A stretch of DNA of 63,826 nt, filler included, from Dugesia japonica (GCA_001938525.1; 6 parts of 6 records of this genome joined end to end with filler, not necessarily neighbours in it), one strand, 5' to 3'; positions 25,178 to 38,359 are shown, counted from the whole stretch's first letter. Made by a program: numbers and translations. The notes: generated from the sequence alone by a model not told the origin.

Positions 25178-25575
25178 TTATTTATTTAAAGTAATATATA
25201 ATTCATTAATAATTTCATCAAACGATTTGACTCTTTTGGGATAACTAAGTGAATATAAAAAATATAAACATAATACTCCACAAATACTGGTTTCAAAAGG
25301 TTGAACTCGAATTCTATTATAGAAATTTACATATTTTTCAATTTCTTTAAAAAGTTTTAAACCATAAGAATCAAAATAATAGCCTTTAAAAAAAGCAACC
25401 CAATGAGTTCCTTTTTGATTTGTATTTTGATAATTAATAATTTTAAAAATTGGCTCATGCATGAGCAACTTTTTATCTTGCAAAATTTCACTCGAGACTT
25501 CATCTTTCATTAATACTTCTAATTCTAAATTTAAAACATCAACTATAGAATACAAATCAAAATTAGTTTTAGTAT
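25178..25575 (-). CDS. Polinton A: adenain-like cysteine protease
   Basis: IINYQNTNQKGTHWVAF..YFDSYG..RVQPFETSICGVLCLYFL with catalytic H, D, Q and C all present. Confidence 0.9.
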
Positions 25576-25617
25576 TTATTCACAATGTTTTTAGAAAATC
25601 TAAAACGCCGTAGGTCT

Positions 25618-26245
25618 TTAATCCGTAAATTTTCTTATATGAACTAATAAAGAAATAGTTTGCCCATTAAAATCTATAGGATTATTATTTTCATCAATAA
25701 AGGAGGATAAAGTCTTTCTAAAATTTTAAAACCAAAACCAACAGTATTTACTGAAAAAGAATATAATAAATTCATTGGAAAGTTATTAATATAATTACCT
25801 TTTACTAAATTACAAGTAATATTTATTATATTAATATTTAAAATATAAATCTTATTTTCTGAATAGTATTTTCCTGGTGATACTGGGAACCTTCTGGGCC
25901 TTTAGGTAAAAAACCTAAGATTGTATGAAAAAAAGATTTAACATCAAATTTAAAAGAATGTTTTGTTGTTAAATTACATTTTGTTGTTGAAAGATCTGGT
26001 GTAACTTCTATTCCATAATATTTTCATTTATTAGATATTTCTTTAATTTCATAAGAACCCGGCTCTATTGTTATTAATTTATCATTACAGTAGAAAGTAT
26101 TATTTTTATTAGTAACATTAAAAATAATATTATAACAACTGAAACAAAATAATCAAATTTCATAGTCTGAATCTAATTCTTTTGGAAATCTTAAGTTAAC
26201 TTTTAAATCAGATTCTTTACCAACAACTAAAAATTGATGAGACAT
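25618..26245 (-). pseudogene. Polinton A: minor capsid (penton-like single jelly-roll) protein
   Basis: MSHQFLVVGKESDLKVNLRFPKELDSDYEI*LFCFSCYNIIFNVTNKNNTFY...IEPGSYEI...IDENNNPIDFNGQTISLLVHIRK; premature stops. Confidence 0.8.
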
Positions 26246-26249
26246 TTTG

Positions 26250-27078
26250 TTTAAAAAATATTTATTTTTATAAACATATTTTTCTTTGGTAATTATTTCT
26301 TGGTTTAATAATTCTTTACAAACAGATTTAATTTCTTTATTTAAATTAATATGACCTGATTTTACAGCTGAAATTAAAAATGTTAATCTTTCAAATAAAA
26401 AGATGGGCCCCTCTGGGATATGATCATTTGAAATTAATTCTAAACCTTCTCCGTTAATACTCTTCGTTAGCGTTAGCGCATCTTTTTCAATTATATCTTC
26501 TTTATCAGGGATTTCTTTTTCACTATCAACACCGTTTTTAAGCTTTGGCATTTTAGAAGTTTCTAGAGTCTTTTTCCCAGTTAAAAATTGATAATATTTA
26601 GAAGAAGGTGGAAATATAATATTTAATTTTTTTAAATAAAAAATCAATTGCTTCTGGATCATTACTTCCATTTCCTAAAATTAAATTCATTACTTCTTCA
26701 GAATAAAGAATTATTTTTTTATTATTTAAAAAGTATTGCTTAGAGTCTTCTTCAAATAATATTATTGTTGGGCCTTTACCAGGATAAATTATTGTTTGAA
26801 ATTTTTTATCATAAATATCTTGTAATTTAATTATAGGTTTAATTGAATCAGATAAAATAGTATTTAAAATAGTATTTGTAAAGAATAGTTTTCCTTTTTC
26901 AAAAGGGTTTTTTTAGGTTTTCAAGAGCTTTAATAGTAGGTTGTTGTTTTGTAGTTAAAGTATCTTGTAAGGTTTTTTATTCAATTACCTTACCAGTAAA
27001 TAAATTATTATAATCATCTTGAGCTTTAATTAATTCTTTCAAAAGTTTTATTTTTACTAACATTTCTTCACTGTCCAT
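26250..27078 (-). pseudogene. Polinton A: conserved uncharacterised Maverick ORF
   Basis: C-terminal GEG|L...IPEGPIFLFERLTFLISAVKSGHINLNKEIKSVCKELLNQEII, resembling the L-ERL-LL-A-K-AGN...EI..I..EL motif I recognise from Maverick ORFs. Confidence 0.6.
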
Positions 27079-27586
27079 TTTTAAAAGGTTTTAAATATAA
27101 ACCATCACCTTTTACTTTAACTTGTACTTCTTTCTTAAAGTTTTTAGTAATTATTTTCAACTTTGAGTTTGGTAAACTATTTTTAAAATATTTATGAATT
27201 GCTCTTACTTGATATGGTTTTAAGTAAAATCCTGAACCAGAACTAGTTTTATCTAAACCATATTTTTCTAAAGCTTTTTTCTGTAATTCAACTAATTCAA
27301 TTTATTTTTGATTTTTAATTTTTTCCAGAGCTTGTGCTTGAGCGGATCTAGAATTTCTAATTGTACTAGTAATTCCAGTTGCAATTCCGGCTGTAGAAGC
27401 TAAACCAGCAATTATATCTGCAATTGCAGCAAGGAAAGCAAAGCCACCTTCATGTTTTTTACCCATTTTTTAAATTTCTTTTCTAACTTGCTTACCAATC
27501 CAATAGTTTTTTCCATTAATATTTACAGATTTAGATTTATTTGAATTAACCAAATCAATTAGTTTTTGTTCTGGTGCAGAAGACAT
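27068..27586 (-). pseudogene. Polinton A: pX/core-like virion protein with protease cleavage motifs
   Basis: HEGG|FAFLAAIADIIAGLASTAGIATGI (similar to adenovirus pX GG|FLPALIPIIAAAIGA), GSG|FYLKPY, GDG|LYLKPF; two premature stops. Confidence 0.7.
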
Positions 27587-29228
27587 TTTGTTAAGCTAAA
27601 ATCTTTTAGTTATATAAAATGGCTCTTTCTAACACTTATAAACAAACAATTATTAATTTTTTTCAAGATAAAAATAATTTAGAGTTGTTTATTAAAGATC
27701 ATAAAAATTGTAATTGTTTTAAANATATATATGAATATTTTACAAGATTNAAAGGACCCATCAAAAACAAAAACCGAAAAGGTTTAATGAAAATTACAAT
27801 AAAGAAATTAGCTTGAAAGAAAAATTAAAAATATTAGATATAAATGATATAAAAAATCATGTTGAAAATCCCAAAGGCTCCCATGAAAACGAAAATGAGC
27901 GGATGCAAGAGGAGAGTGAAAAGGAAGTGGAAAATGTGCTTGTTGTTTCCATTTTCTAATAATAAAAAATAACAAAATTATTTATTTTGAGTTTGAATTT
28001 TTTACTGTGTAATTTGCTAAATCACTTTAACCGTGGTATGTAACCGTACTATGGAAATTTCTTAAAAGTAAATAAAATTAATAAAGTAGTAATAGAATAC
28101 CAAAAGGAAACATTCATTGTTTCGTATTTTCTCACCAAATATGTATTCATAAAATAATTTTCTTGAATTTTGTCTCATTCGACTTTGTTCATCAAATTGA
28201 GTAGAAATTTCAACCATACCTTTTAATCGTCTCATTAGGACTAGTATGTATTCGACTTTTCTTCCACCTTCAGTATACGTTGTGTTCTTTCATTATCAAC
28301 AGCAATGTACTGAGAGTTTTTATGCGTCGTTTCAAAATAATGTATGATAAAATAAATTATGACAGTTACTTATATACTATTTTACTTAATTGATTTAATT
28401 GATCAAAATTTGTTATGGTTAAATTATTTATTACATATGTATTGTGTCTGCATTGCCTATGCATTGCATTTGCATCATGTCTGTAATAAAGTTTTGATTA
28501 GCTATATTTAACAACATTTATTATAAATTTATTATTTTGTATTTATTTTTCATTTTTCTAACTTTTTCTAACTTTTTAAATGAAATTATATTTAAATAAA
28601 ACTATATTTAATAAAAACAAATATATTTATAAAACAATTATATTTATAAAAAAATTACAAAAAGATATATGTGTATAAAATATGCATAAAAGATATATGT
28701 ACAGCTACATGATATTGATGTTGTTATTGTTAATTTCAGTCATCATCTCCTGAAATTTTTTCATCGTCATATACATTCTGTGGGCCACAATTTCTTGTTC
28801 AGTTCAATGATTATTACTTTATATTATTTTTTACAGGCAATGCATTATATATTGATCAAAAAGAGTCGTCAATGGGCTTTGCTCGTCCATTGACAGTTCC
28901 GAACATGTTTGTGTTGTTATTTTGACCAGGTAATGAAGATCAATTGTTTCGAGATCCCTCACAAAAATCGATAATCAATAATCAATCAGATCAATAATCA
29001 ATAATCGATAATCAATATATGCGCGATAACTCATACGATCGCAGACCCCACTTGAATCTGTTTTCGCGAGGAGGGGAAGAGGCGGGATAAGAGAATATTT
29101 GGGATTAACCAATCAAAATTGTCATATACCTTCATAAAATTCATTTGAAAACTTCCTATTGATTGTTTGAAGTAGCATGTTGGTACTGGATTCATATAAT
29201 TGTACAGAGAATTCAATGCTGGTTGTAG

Positions 29229-29265
29229 CATCATCATCACCATCATCACCATCATCATCATCATC

Positions 29266-29314
<49 letters not shown>
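29229..29314. repeat. (ATC)n microsatellite
   Basis: Direct reading; source of the poly-M/S/I ORFs. Confidence 0.95.
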
Positions 29315-29729
29315 NNNNNNNNNNNNNNNNNNNNNNNNNNNNNNNNNNNNNNNNNNNNNNNNNNNNNNNNNNNNNNNNNNNNNNNNNNNNNNNNNNNNNN
29401 NNNNNNNNNNNNNNNNNNNNNNNNNNNNNNNNNNNNNNNNNNNNNNNNNNNNNNNNNNNNNNNNNNNNNNNNNNNNNNNNNNNNNNNNNNNNNNNNNNNN
29501 NNNNNNNNNNNNNNNNNNNNNNNNNNNNNNNNNNNGAAGAAAATAATAATGAATTAGCTGCCTTATATATATCTTGTTAAAATACCACAACGTAATATGT
29601 TTAGCAAATTAATTTAGATAAAAAATGTTAAAATACCACAACGTAATATATTTTATGTCTATATAACTACAATATATTCATAAGTTACAAAAGCAATGAA
29701 AAGAAGACAATAGATGAAAATACATTTAT

Positions 29730-30069
29730 TTATTTATTACTCTGTTTATACAACCAATCTATACAGTGCTGTCCGCATAAAAATGTGAAAGGATTTGATC
29801 CATTTTATTATTGTAAACAATCGGCTGTTGCATTCTTTCCAACTTTCCTCCCGAGAACACTAGGATAATACATCCAGAGAGTATCATAGACATTGATTCG
29901 ATCAGGTCGAATATACAAAGCTATCCAATGTTCACTAGGCAGGTTTGACGATTGAATATTGATAACATATTCTCCATTATATAAATAGTCAGGCAGCTTG
30001 TCTAATGCATATACTCCGTGAAAATCATATAGACAATAAAGAGCTCTCTCAATATCTGAAGTACTACAT
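29730..30069 (-). pseudogene. Polinton B: adenain-like cysteine protease (not in ORF track)
   Basis: FHGVYALDKLP...YVINIQSSNLPSEHWIALY...VYDTL, frameshift, ...FLCGQHCIDWL. Confidence 0.85.
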
Positions 30070-30158
30070 TAGTTAAAGTAAAAACTGAAAATAAAAACTT
30101 ACTTCATAGCATATTTCAATTGAAACATCATTCATTCATCAAGAATCAAATNTTTTGT

Positions 30159-31400
30159 TTATATTATAATAGATCCGTATTTTGCTATTTGAACTTTTCC
30201 ATCAAGAACTCCATATACATATATTTTTACTGGATCGGTTAATGCGTCTCTGAAACGAATATCTATTTTTAGATTTTCAGTTTTAGGCAATTGTGCTTGA
30301 TCAACATCAAAATCTGGAGCTAGAACGAATGTAAAGAAAGGATAGTCTGACTTGAATTCATCCATACTAATTTCATTGTTCATAGTTTTGTTAATCAGAC
30401 CCATATTGATAATTAAAGATTTCACATAGGCCTCAGTATAGTCATTTCCCATGTTAATATTATAAGTATCTGTATAGTCAATTCCACGTGATAATGAAAT
30501 ACTTTGAATGTTACAATTATCGAATGAGGAGCAAAATAATGAATATTCACCACTAACTTTTGACGTCTTTTGAAATGTTATCAAAACAAACTTTGGCAAT
30601 CTTTCATCGTTAAATACATTGTCTTTATATTCACTTCTTGATCTTTTTGGAATTGAAATTTGATTTATTTTTGCTCTTTGAATTGGATAAATTGCATTTT
30701 GTTTATTCATTCTCATACTATGACCAATAAGTACCAATTGTTGTGCCGAACTCTTCTTATTAAACGTTTTGCTTCTTTAATGAATATGCACGGTTTGATT
30801 TCAGTTTCAGTTCCAATCTTTGCATATTTAAATATTGATGTACTTTCATTTTGTTGCAACTTTATTGATAAATTAACTCCAGGAATTAAATATCTCGGTT
30901 GTTCAAAGAAATCAAGGTTTATTGGTCCACACAATGTCATTTCGGCCGTTTTTAAACCATTTAATTCTGTCAGTATCAGTTCCAAAACCGATACTTTTCA
31001 TAAATGTATTTTTTGTATCTTTGCTAAAATTAAGAGCATTCTCAATAATTGCCTTTTGATAATATGTATCATTTGCATCTTCTACTTTTGAATGATTCAA
31101 GTATAAAACCACATTTTTAAACAATGAATAAAGAAGATAATTGTTCGGTATTATATTGGTAATATCCGTGGTCAAATCTTTACCATCAGCTCCAATTGCC
31201 TTTATTTTCACTGTTAACAATGTTTCATTCAAATCAATATAATCATCTTCACTTCCGACTATATCAAATTGAATTTGTGACTGAGCATAGCCATGAATAC
31301 TATCTTTTGGATAAATTTCTTCAAACGAATAAGATTCAACGACAACTTACGGTGGTGCTGATGAGAAAATATTAAATTCTGTTTTACCTGTAATTTCCAT
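30159..31400 (-). pseudogene. Polinton B: major capsid protein (PY, double jelly-roll)
   Basis: FEEIYPKDS...IQFDIVGSEDDYIDLNETLLTVKIK, NNYLLYSLFKNVVLYLN, YYQKAIIENALNF, FFEQPRYLIPGV, LPKFVLITF, FDNCNIQSI; frameshifted. Confidence 0.9.
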
Positions 31401-31843
31401 TATGAAAAGATTGTTTTTAGAAGTTTTCCATGTTTGTTTATACTGGGTTTTTTCTTTATTTGTTTTCGTCGTTGTCGTCGACGAATGAATACATTACCAT
31501 TTAGTAAACCGCTTCCTCTCTGTTGATCATTGTCATCATAATCACCACCTAATAGATTTGTTGATTCGTGAATTGCATTTCTTGAATGTCTTTTTATTTC
31601 AGGTAAAACCTCTTTAGCACTACTGATTAATACATCTTTAACTTTTGTTTTTTTCTCAATCACATTTCTACCAGCATTCCACAGCGCTTTACCTGCTAAT
31701 TTGGAAATAGGAATTCCAAATTTCTTTAGGATTGGAAAAGCATTTCGACCAAAAACAGATTTTCAATTTCCACCTCTGAAAAACGTAAGATCCCCACCTT
31801 GATGTGGACGACTGTACATATGAATAATGTTACGATCAATCAT
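31400..31843 (-). pseudogene. Polinton B: PW-like small core protein
   Basis: HQGG, amphipathic FPILKKFGIPISKLAGKALWNAGRNVI, QRGSG and an Arg/Lys-rich tail. Its stop overlaps the MCP start (TAATG). One frameshift. Confidence 0.75.
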
Positions 31844-32839
31844 TTCTTTTTTTAAATGTAATGTGATTATTGTCTTTGCACCGTAAAAGAAATTCAACAA
31901 TTCTCCACTATCATCTCTAATGTTGACTTCAATTTTGTTTATACATGTTGTGGAAATAGGTAGATACATAGGATGATTAATTGTTAAAAGAATCACATCA
32001 CAATTTTTGTATTTTGATGTATCTATTTATGTACATCTCAAAAGAGGAGCTTGTTCCGATCCAACCATGATTGGAGCAACAGTGCTTGAGTAAATATATA
32101 TTTGATTGAAAGCGGAATTTAGTTTCATTACTCGTTCACTATTTCTATTCGACTGAAAGTTGAATCTTTTAATCCAAGTGTAATTGTCATTTCTGCTGTT
32201 GTTTTTGCTGTGAGAACAGTANCTTGAAGTTCCCATGAAAACAGATTTGATACTACATTGACTGTTTTGAATATCTGTGAGCAATTTGTCTTAAAATATT
32301 CAACAATCTCATTTGTATTATTCAAATGCACGTCTTTTTCAAATATAAATATTTTATTTCTTTTATCCTCTCAAATAACTACATCGATATCGGCAGAATT
32401 ATTAGTAGTATGTGTTACATAAAATGTTAAACTACTTTCACCACGAACTTCTATTCTATTAAAACCCCACAACCATGCGTCTGACATTGTTTTGAAGGTT
32501 ATTTCAATCTTTTTTGTTGTCTCTATAATAAATTTATTCGCTTGATAAATTACATTGCTTATTTCAGGAAAAGGTGGGGTGAAAACAAATTCATTTTTTT
32601 TCAATTCCATTTTATGTTTTCTTCTTTCACATGGTTGATACTCAATGTATGTTCCTTGTTTTATGGTTTGTGGCCAATATACTAGAAGAATATCAGTCAT
32701 TGCAGCATCCCATTCTCCACGTAAATTGATTGCATTTTCATAGTCGACTGTCAAATTTATTTGCAGAATTATTTGGACGAGTGTTTGGACAACTATTTCT
32801 TGGTAATATCATATAAAATGATGTCATTTTTTCAGACAT
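31840..32839 (-). pseudogene. Polinton B: minor capsid protein (PX)
   Basis: SFYMILPRNS..PNNSANKFTVDYENAINLRGEWDAAMTDI; IYIYSSTVAPIMVGSEQAPLLR; PMYLPI..INKIEVNIRDDSGELLNF..KTIITLHLK. Confidence 0.85.
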
Positions 32840-32842
32840 GTT

Positions 32843-33711
32843 CTATTTTGTTTTGTTTATATTCGATGCAGCTACCCAATTAGGTTTTTAATATAAATAC
32901 CACTTGACCAACACTTGATTGCCTTTTTTACGAATAATTTTCTCCATACGATACATAATTGGTTCACGTTGTAGAACTTGCAATTCTTGTTCATAGAACT
33001 TTCCTTGAATAACTTCATGATCAACATTATTCCATACAACTTATTTCATACATTACATGCATTTGCTTTGTATTTTCGGAAGACTTCATCACTCCAGTTT
33101 TGGTCGAAATTCTTAGTGAATGGAGTTTAACTGATATTGCTTATTCGAACAAAGTCACCAATATTATACTTTGGCTTCTTCTTCACCGTCTTAATTTCAT
33201 TATGTAACCAAAGATTCAAGTCATCAGTTACATCAACCGGTCGATGTCCATTTAGACCACGATGTTGACTATGGTTATAGGATTGAATGAGCTTTGGTAA
33301 GACATTTATCCAAACTTTATTGCCGCGATAAGTGAAATATTGTGCAAGCTTTGTTCTTAATGTTCGATTAAATAGTTGAACGAGAGCAACTTTATACTGA
33401 CTGAAAACAGAATAGTGATTAATATTATGCTTATTCAAAATTGCTTTCACACTAGAATTGTAAAGTTCCTTTCCTAAATCTGTTTGAACATGTTTTGGTT
33501 GTGAATTTTTCAATATTATTTTTATTGCCTCTGACATATCCTTTGCATTTTGTCTCTTAACTGGTACTGCACAAGCAAATCGACTAAAAATATCAACACA
33601 TGTTAAAATATATTTATTGCCTTTATATCTTTGAATAGATATAATTTCCATTAAATCCATTTGACAAATTGCACTGATACCATTAGCCCGATATTTCCTA
33701 GTTGCAATCAA
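32843..33711 (-). pseudogene. Polinton B: retroviral-like c-integrase with C-terminal chromodomain relic
   Basis: QMDL, YILTCVDIFSRFA, VQTDLGKELYN, FNRTLR, YNHSQHR, KYNIGDFVRIS, NWSDEVF, GKFYEQELQ, YRMEKIIRKKGNQVLVKW. Confidence 0.92.
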
Positions 33712-33776
33712 TAGTTAGAAATATGGGATATCTAAACAAGAATATGAATTGTGGAATAACACTAGAAGATTTTAAG

Positions 33777-33876
33777 NNNNNNNNNNNNNNNNNNNNNNNN
33801 NNNNNNNNNNNNNNNNNNNNTTAATTAATTAANNNNNNNNNNNNNNNNNNNNNNNNNNNNNNNNNNNNNNNNNNNN
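33777..33876. other. Artificial scaffold linker
   Basis: N44-TTAATTAATTAA-N44. Confidence 0.95.
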
Positions 33877-33879
33877 ATA

Positions 33880-35840
33880 TCTTTGTTTTTTATCTTTATT
33901 CTTTCTGTATTAAAGATTGTGAAAAATTCAATGAAAGTCATGGAGAAAAGTCAGGTTCTAAATAATTTTCAAGCAGTATCTTAAGGAGCCGTGTATTTTC
34001 AGTAGTAAGAGAAGAGGCTTTTGGGATGTTCAACGCACATTTTATTGGAATGGAATGACCTACAAAGCAGAAATAATTATTGTATATAGAACACTGAAGC
34101 AGTTATTGCATATGGATTGAGGCTTTTGTCAGCTCATGAGCTTGGATACTGTGTACAAAGAAAGAAGTTGTTAGCCTTATACTAATTTGTTTTACATTTT
34201 AAACAATATCTTTATGGGAAATAGTTTATCGAAAGCACAAATCATAAAGCCTTAGTTTTTATGAATACTACGAAAAATANNNNNNNNNNNNNNNNNNNNN
34301 NNNNNNNNNNNNNNNNNNNNNNNNNNNNNNTTTGAGTTTAAAGTACAGAAAAGGCAAGGAGCATAGTGATACTGAATGAATGCCAGGAATTTCTCACATC
34401 ACATGTGGGCAGTGTCAGATAAAGCAAAGTGATGCGAAGTTAGAAAAGCTCAAGATGAGTTAAATCAACGTGGTACATACATATATTAGTCGGCTGGAGA
34501 GAATACAATGTGAACATAACTCAAATTCAGTTATTATTGTGTTTAAAAATTTTAACAAAAGAAAAGGGTGAGTTGTCAGATGTTTCAGAAACGAATATTC
34601 TTTATTCTATGAGAAACAGTCTTAATATAGTAAACGATTTTCTGGTTCTAAGAAGAGATGATAAAAATATTATTTTAATACCAGAAGAATTTGCATAGGA
34701 GTTAGTAACAAATATTCATCCAGAATTGCCATTTTGGGAGCAAAAAGATATTCACTTATATAAAAGATCATTATTACTGGCCGCCATTGTGGAATTCAAT
34801 CAGCTACATGGACTACATGAATTCTTTGCAAAGCAATATTAGATTCATTACAGAAATGGAATATAAATCTAAACTTTCTTTCCTTGACATATTAATGGGA
34901 AAAAATCAAACATTATGAAACAGAGATTTATCAAAAACCAACGGATACAGGTTTGTAAACATCTATTGTTAGATTTTGTGAATCTCATTACAAGTACGTA
35001 CAACATGATTAAATAACTGTTGTATAGATTGTGGACTCTTTCCTCTTTTGAATTCCACACCTTTGAATTCTTGTGCTTATACTCAAAGGTTAACTTCTTT
35101 ACTAAATAAAATGGTTATTGCAAATCAATTGTGGAGAAATTAAATCGTGAAACAATTGATAAACTCGTTTATAAAAGTAATAATGAATTAAAATATGTGA
35201 ATAATAATGGAAATAATAATTTAAATTGTGAAAGTATTATTTAAGACTTAGATAAGATAGATAAGTTTAGTTACGTATTAACTATTCAATATGTAAAATA
35301 GTTTTTAAAAGGAGATTTAATATTTTGTAATTTGAAACTNAATTTATTAAAATCAGATTTCTTAAATATTTAAATTAAATTATTTGTAAAATAATTATAT
35401 TTTTAAATTTTAAAATTCTAGAAATTAACAAGGATCATAAATTGACTGCGATTATTCAAAATAATGAGGATATATTTATGGGAGACACGCGAGACATCGG
35501 ATGCACACACTTAACGAAGCATCGAATAATCACTAAAAAAGGTCCAATCAACATAAAACCGTATCGTCAAGCAATGAATCTAGAAGAGAAGATTAAAGAG
35601 GCCATCAAAAATCTGCATGATAATGATATCATCCAGAAGTGTAATTCTCAATGGAATACGCCATCAATCTGCGTTTGGAAAAAAGAAAAAAAGGATATAC
35701 GATTATGATAAAACTTTAGACAGCTCAATGAAATAACAGAAAAATAAGCTTTTAATACGCCACATGTGGGCAAAATACTGGATGCTTTCGAAGGTGCACA
35801 ATATTTTAGCTCGTCAGATTGGGGAAATGCATACTATTAA
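33880..35840 (+). mobile_element. Ty3/gypsy pol fragments (RNase H/integrase relic, then RT N-terminus)
   Basis: VIAYGLRLLSAHELGYCVQRKKLL; DIGCTHLTKHRIITKKGPINIKPYRQ...WNTPSICVWKKEKKDIRL. Confidence 0.85.
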
Positions 35841-36129
35841 ACTCTGTGAACGTAGAGAAGATCAAAAAATTTCTTAAAAGAGGATGTAAGATAGTTTTTA
35901 AAAGCAGATTTAGATTTTTTGTATTTTGAAACGGAATTTTTTAAAATTAAATTTGTATTTAGATTTATATCAGAAAAATAATTTATAAAATAAATTTTAA
36001 AATTTAAAGAAATTTTGAATAGAATAAAATTTGAAATGAAATAAATCAGATTTGTTAAATATTTAAATGAAATCATTAAAATTATTTGTAAACTAAAGTT
36101 TAAAATTAGCCGTTGTAAGCAAATGAATT

Positions 36130-36969
36130 TTAAAATTTATTTGTTTACAGAAAGCGAATATGAAATTTATAATTTGTGTAAAATATAAAATTTTATAATG
36201 TTTAATTTTTCTATTTTTATTGTAATTCGTAAAATTACCAAATTTCTGATTTTCAACAAAATATATTGTTTATTGTATTTTTAAATTTTACGTTCTACAT
36301 TAAAATTTAAAATAGATTGAATTAATGAAATATTTTTAAAAAGGCTGATATGTTTTATATTTTGTTTTTACTATAAATGTTTTAATTTGTTTGAAAAAAA
36401 CAAATTTATATTCTGAGTTTTTGTTTTGTGAATAAATCTTTTATGGAGGCAGTTGTGAATTCAATTCTTCGATGAGTTCTCCAAACGCACCTTACACTAT
36501 ATTTAAAAGGATTTAAACAATTTAGNNNNNNNNNNNNNNNNNNNNNNNNNNNNNNNNNNNNNNNNNNNNNNNNNNAAAATTTATTTGTTTACAGAAAGCG
36601 AATATGAAATTTATAATTTGTGTAAAATATAAAATTTTATAATGTTTAACTTTTCTAATTTTATTGTATTTTGTAAAATTACCAAATTTCTGATTTTCAA
36701 CAAAATATATTGTTTATTGTATTTTTAAATTTTACGTTATACATTAAAATTTAAAATAGATTGAATTAATGAAATATTTTTAAAAAGGCTGATATGTTTT
36801 ATATTTTGTTTTGACTATAAATGTTTTAATTTGTTTGAAAAAAACAAATTTATATTCTGAGTTTTTGTTTTGTGGATAAATCTTTTATGGTGGCTGTTGT
36901 GAATTCAATTCTTCGATGAGTTCTCCAAACGCACCTTACACTATATTTAAAAGGATTTAAACAATTTAG
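36130..36969. repeat. Near-identical ~390-bp direct duplication, each copy ending at a gap
   Basis: ~36130-36525 matches 36576-36969 with a few substitutions. Confidence 0.85.
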
Positions 36970-37019
36970 NNNNNNNNNNNNNNNNNNNNNNNNNNNNNNN
37001 NNNNNNNNNNNNNNNNNNN

Positions 37020-37595
37020 TAAAATCATAAATATGTTTAGCAATTAGTCTAAACCACCAATTCAATTGTGTTTTGATCTTGTTTATAAATATGTATGTAA
37101 TGTGTGTAATGCCAAAATCATTGGAGAGACTTCCCGTCATTTCTGTATAAGAATTGAGAAGCATCGTCAAGTTGGTAGTGGAAGTATTATTGCTGAACAT
37201 TAATTGTAAATCAGTTATCAGTACAAATAATTTAAAATTTTTTGCAAAAACCTTAAAGATTATTAGTAGAGAGTAATATGTGAAGCCTTGATGATTATAT
37301 CAATTGATCCAAAAATTAATGTTCGAACTTTTGTTTCTAAATCTTTATTGAATGTTTTTAATTAATTTGATTTATTGAAGATATTGCATAATTGATTACA
37401 TAATCAGAATTTTTAAAATATAAATATTGTATTAAAAAATGATCGTAAAAAAGAATTAAATATTGGTACATGGAGATGACAGATATATTGTCGAAAGAAG
37501 TACAAAAATATATCTTGAAATGGCGTTTCAGAGTTTTAATAATAAATAATCCAAATAATATATGATTGTAAATAATAAATATCGTTACGTACATC
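37020..37595 (+). mobile_element. Penelope-like element 3' part (GIY-YIG endonuclease relic and tail)
   Basis: DLVYKYVCNVCNAKIIGETSRHFCIRIEKH; tail shared with 39750-40280 and 59450-59900. Confidence 0.85.
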
Positions 37596-37764
37596 AGTGT
37601 TATTTCAATACGTTTGCCAATTTCTAAAATACACATTTGACGTGATATAAGTCATTTATTCTCATACAAAGATATGTACAAATGATATTTACCAACATAA
37701 ATCAGTCATATTTAACATATATTATATCAAATATTAATTATTATTTTCAACGTAAATATTTTCA

Positions 37765-38359
37765 ATGAAAATGAACATTTATTCTTTATTATTACTTATT
37801 ATTATTTTTTGTGCATGTATTATCGGTCAATTTGATTTTCAATACGTTGTTGCACCTATAAAATCAGTGCGTCTNNNNNNNNNNNNNNNNNNNNNNNNNN
37901 NNNNNNNNNNNNNNNNNNNNNNNNNNNNNNNNNNNNNNNNNNNNNNNNNNNNNNAACATTTAATAATTCTTTGAAAGCCTACAAGGTATATATAGAATTA
38001 GTGAAATTGGGATTTATTAGAAATATAACGATGAAAACTGATGATTCTGGTGGCTCATTTATGGATGAATGGGATGTTGAATTTCAAAGCATTCCCAATA
38101 AGTGCACATCAAGAATTGTAAATATGAAACTACCATTCGTTGATGATTGTCAGTTCAATGNNNNNNNNNNNATCATCATCAGTTTTGAAACTCAAAGTGC
38201 ACTAGGAATCTGCGATTTTTATATTTTTATCGATGCTCCTCCTAAAAGCAATTCAATAATTATCAATGTAAAATTTGTATTAATTTCAAATAAAAATAAT
38301 TTTATAATAATAATTTCATTTAGAAATTTACATGTAGAAGTATATTGAAATGTTATTAA
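37765..38359 (+). CDS. Small secreted protein, cystatin/cathelin-fold-like (multi-exon, gapped)
   Basis: Signal peptide MKMNIYSLLLLIIIFCACIIG; DVEFQSIPNKCT...DDCQF...ICDFYIFIDAP; 56-nt GT-AG intron (38268-38323); last exon KFTCRSILKCY*. Confidence 0.6.

Noticed and set aside
27619-29230. Short ORFs between the two Polintons
   Set aside because: Possibly viral accessory relics, but no motif supports a call.
1-33776. Mx gene plus Polintons as a linked defence island
   Set aside because: They lie on different scaffolds separated by artificial linkers.
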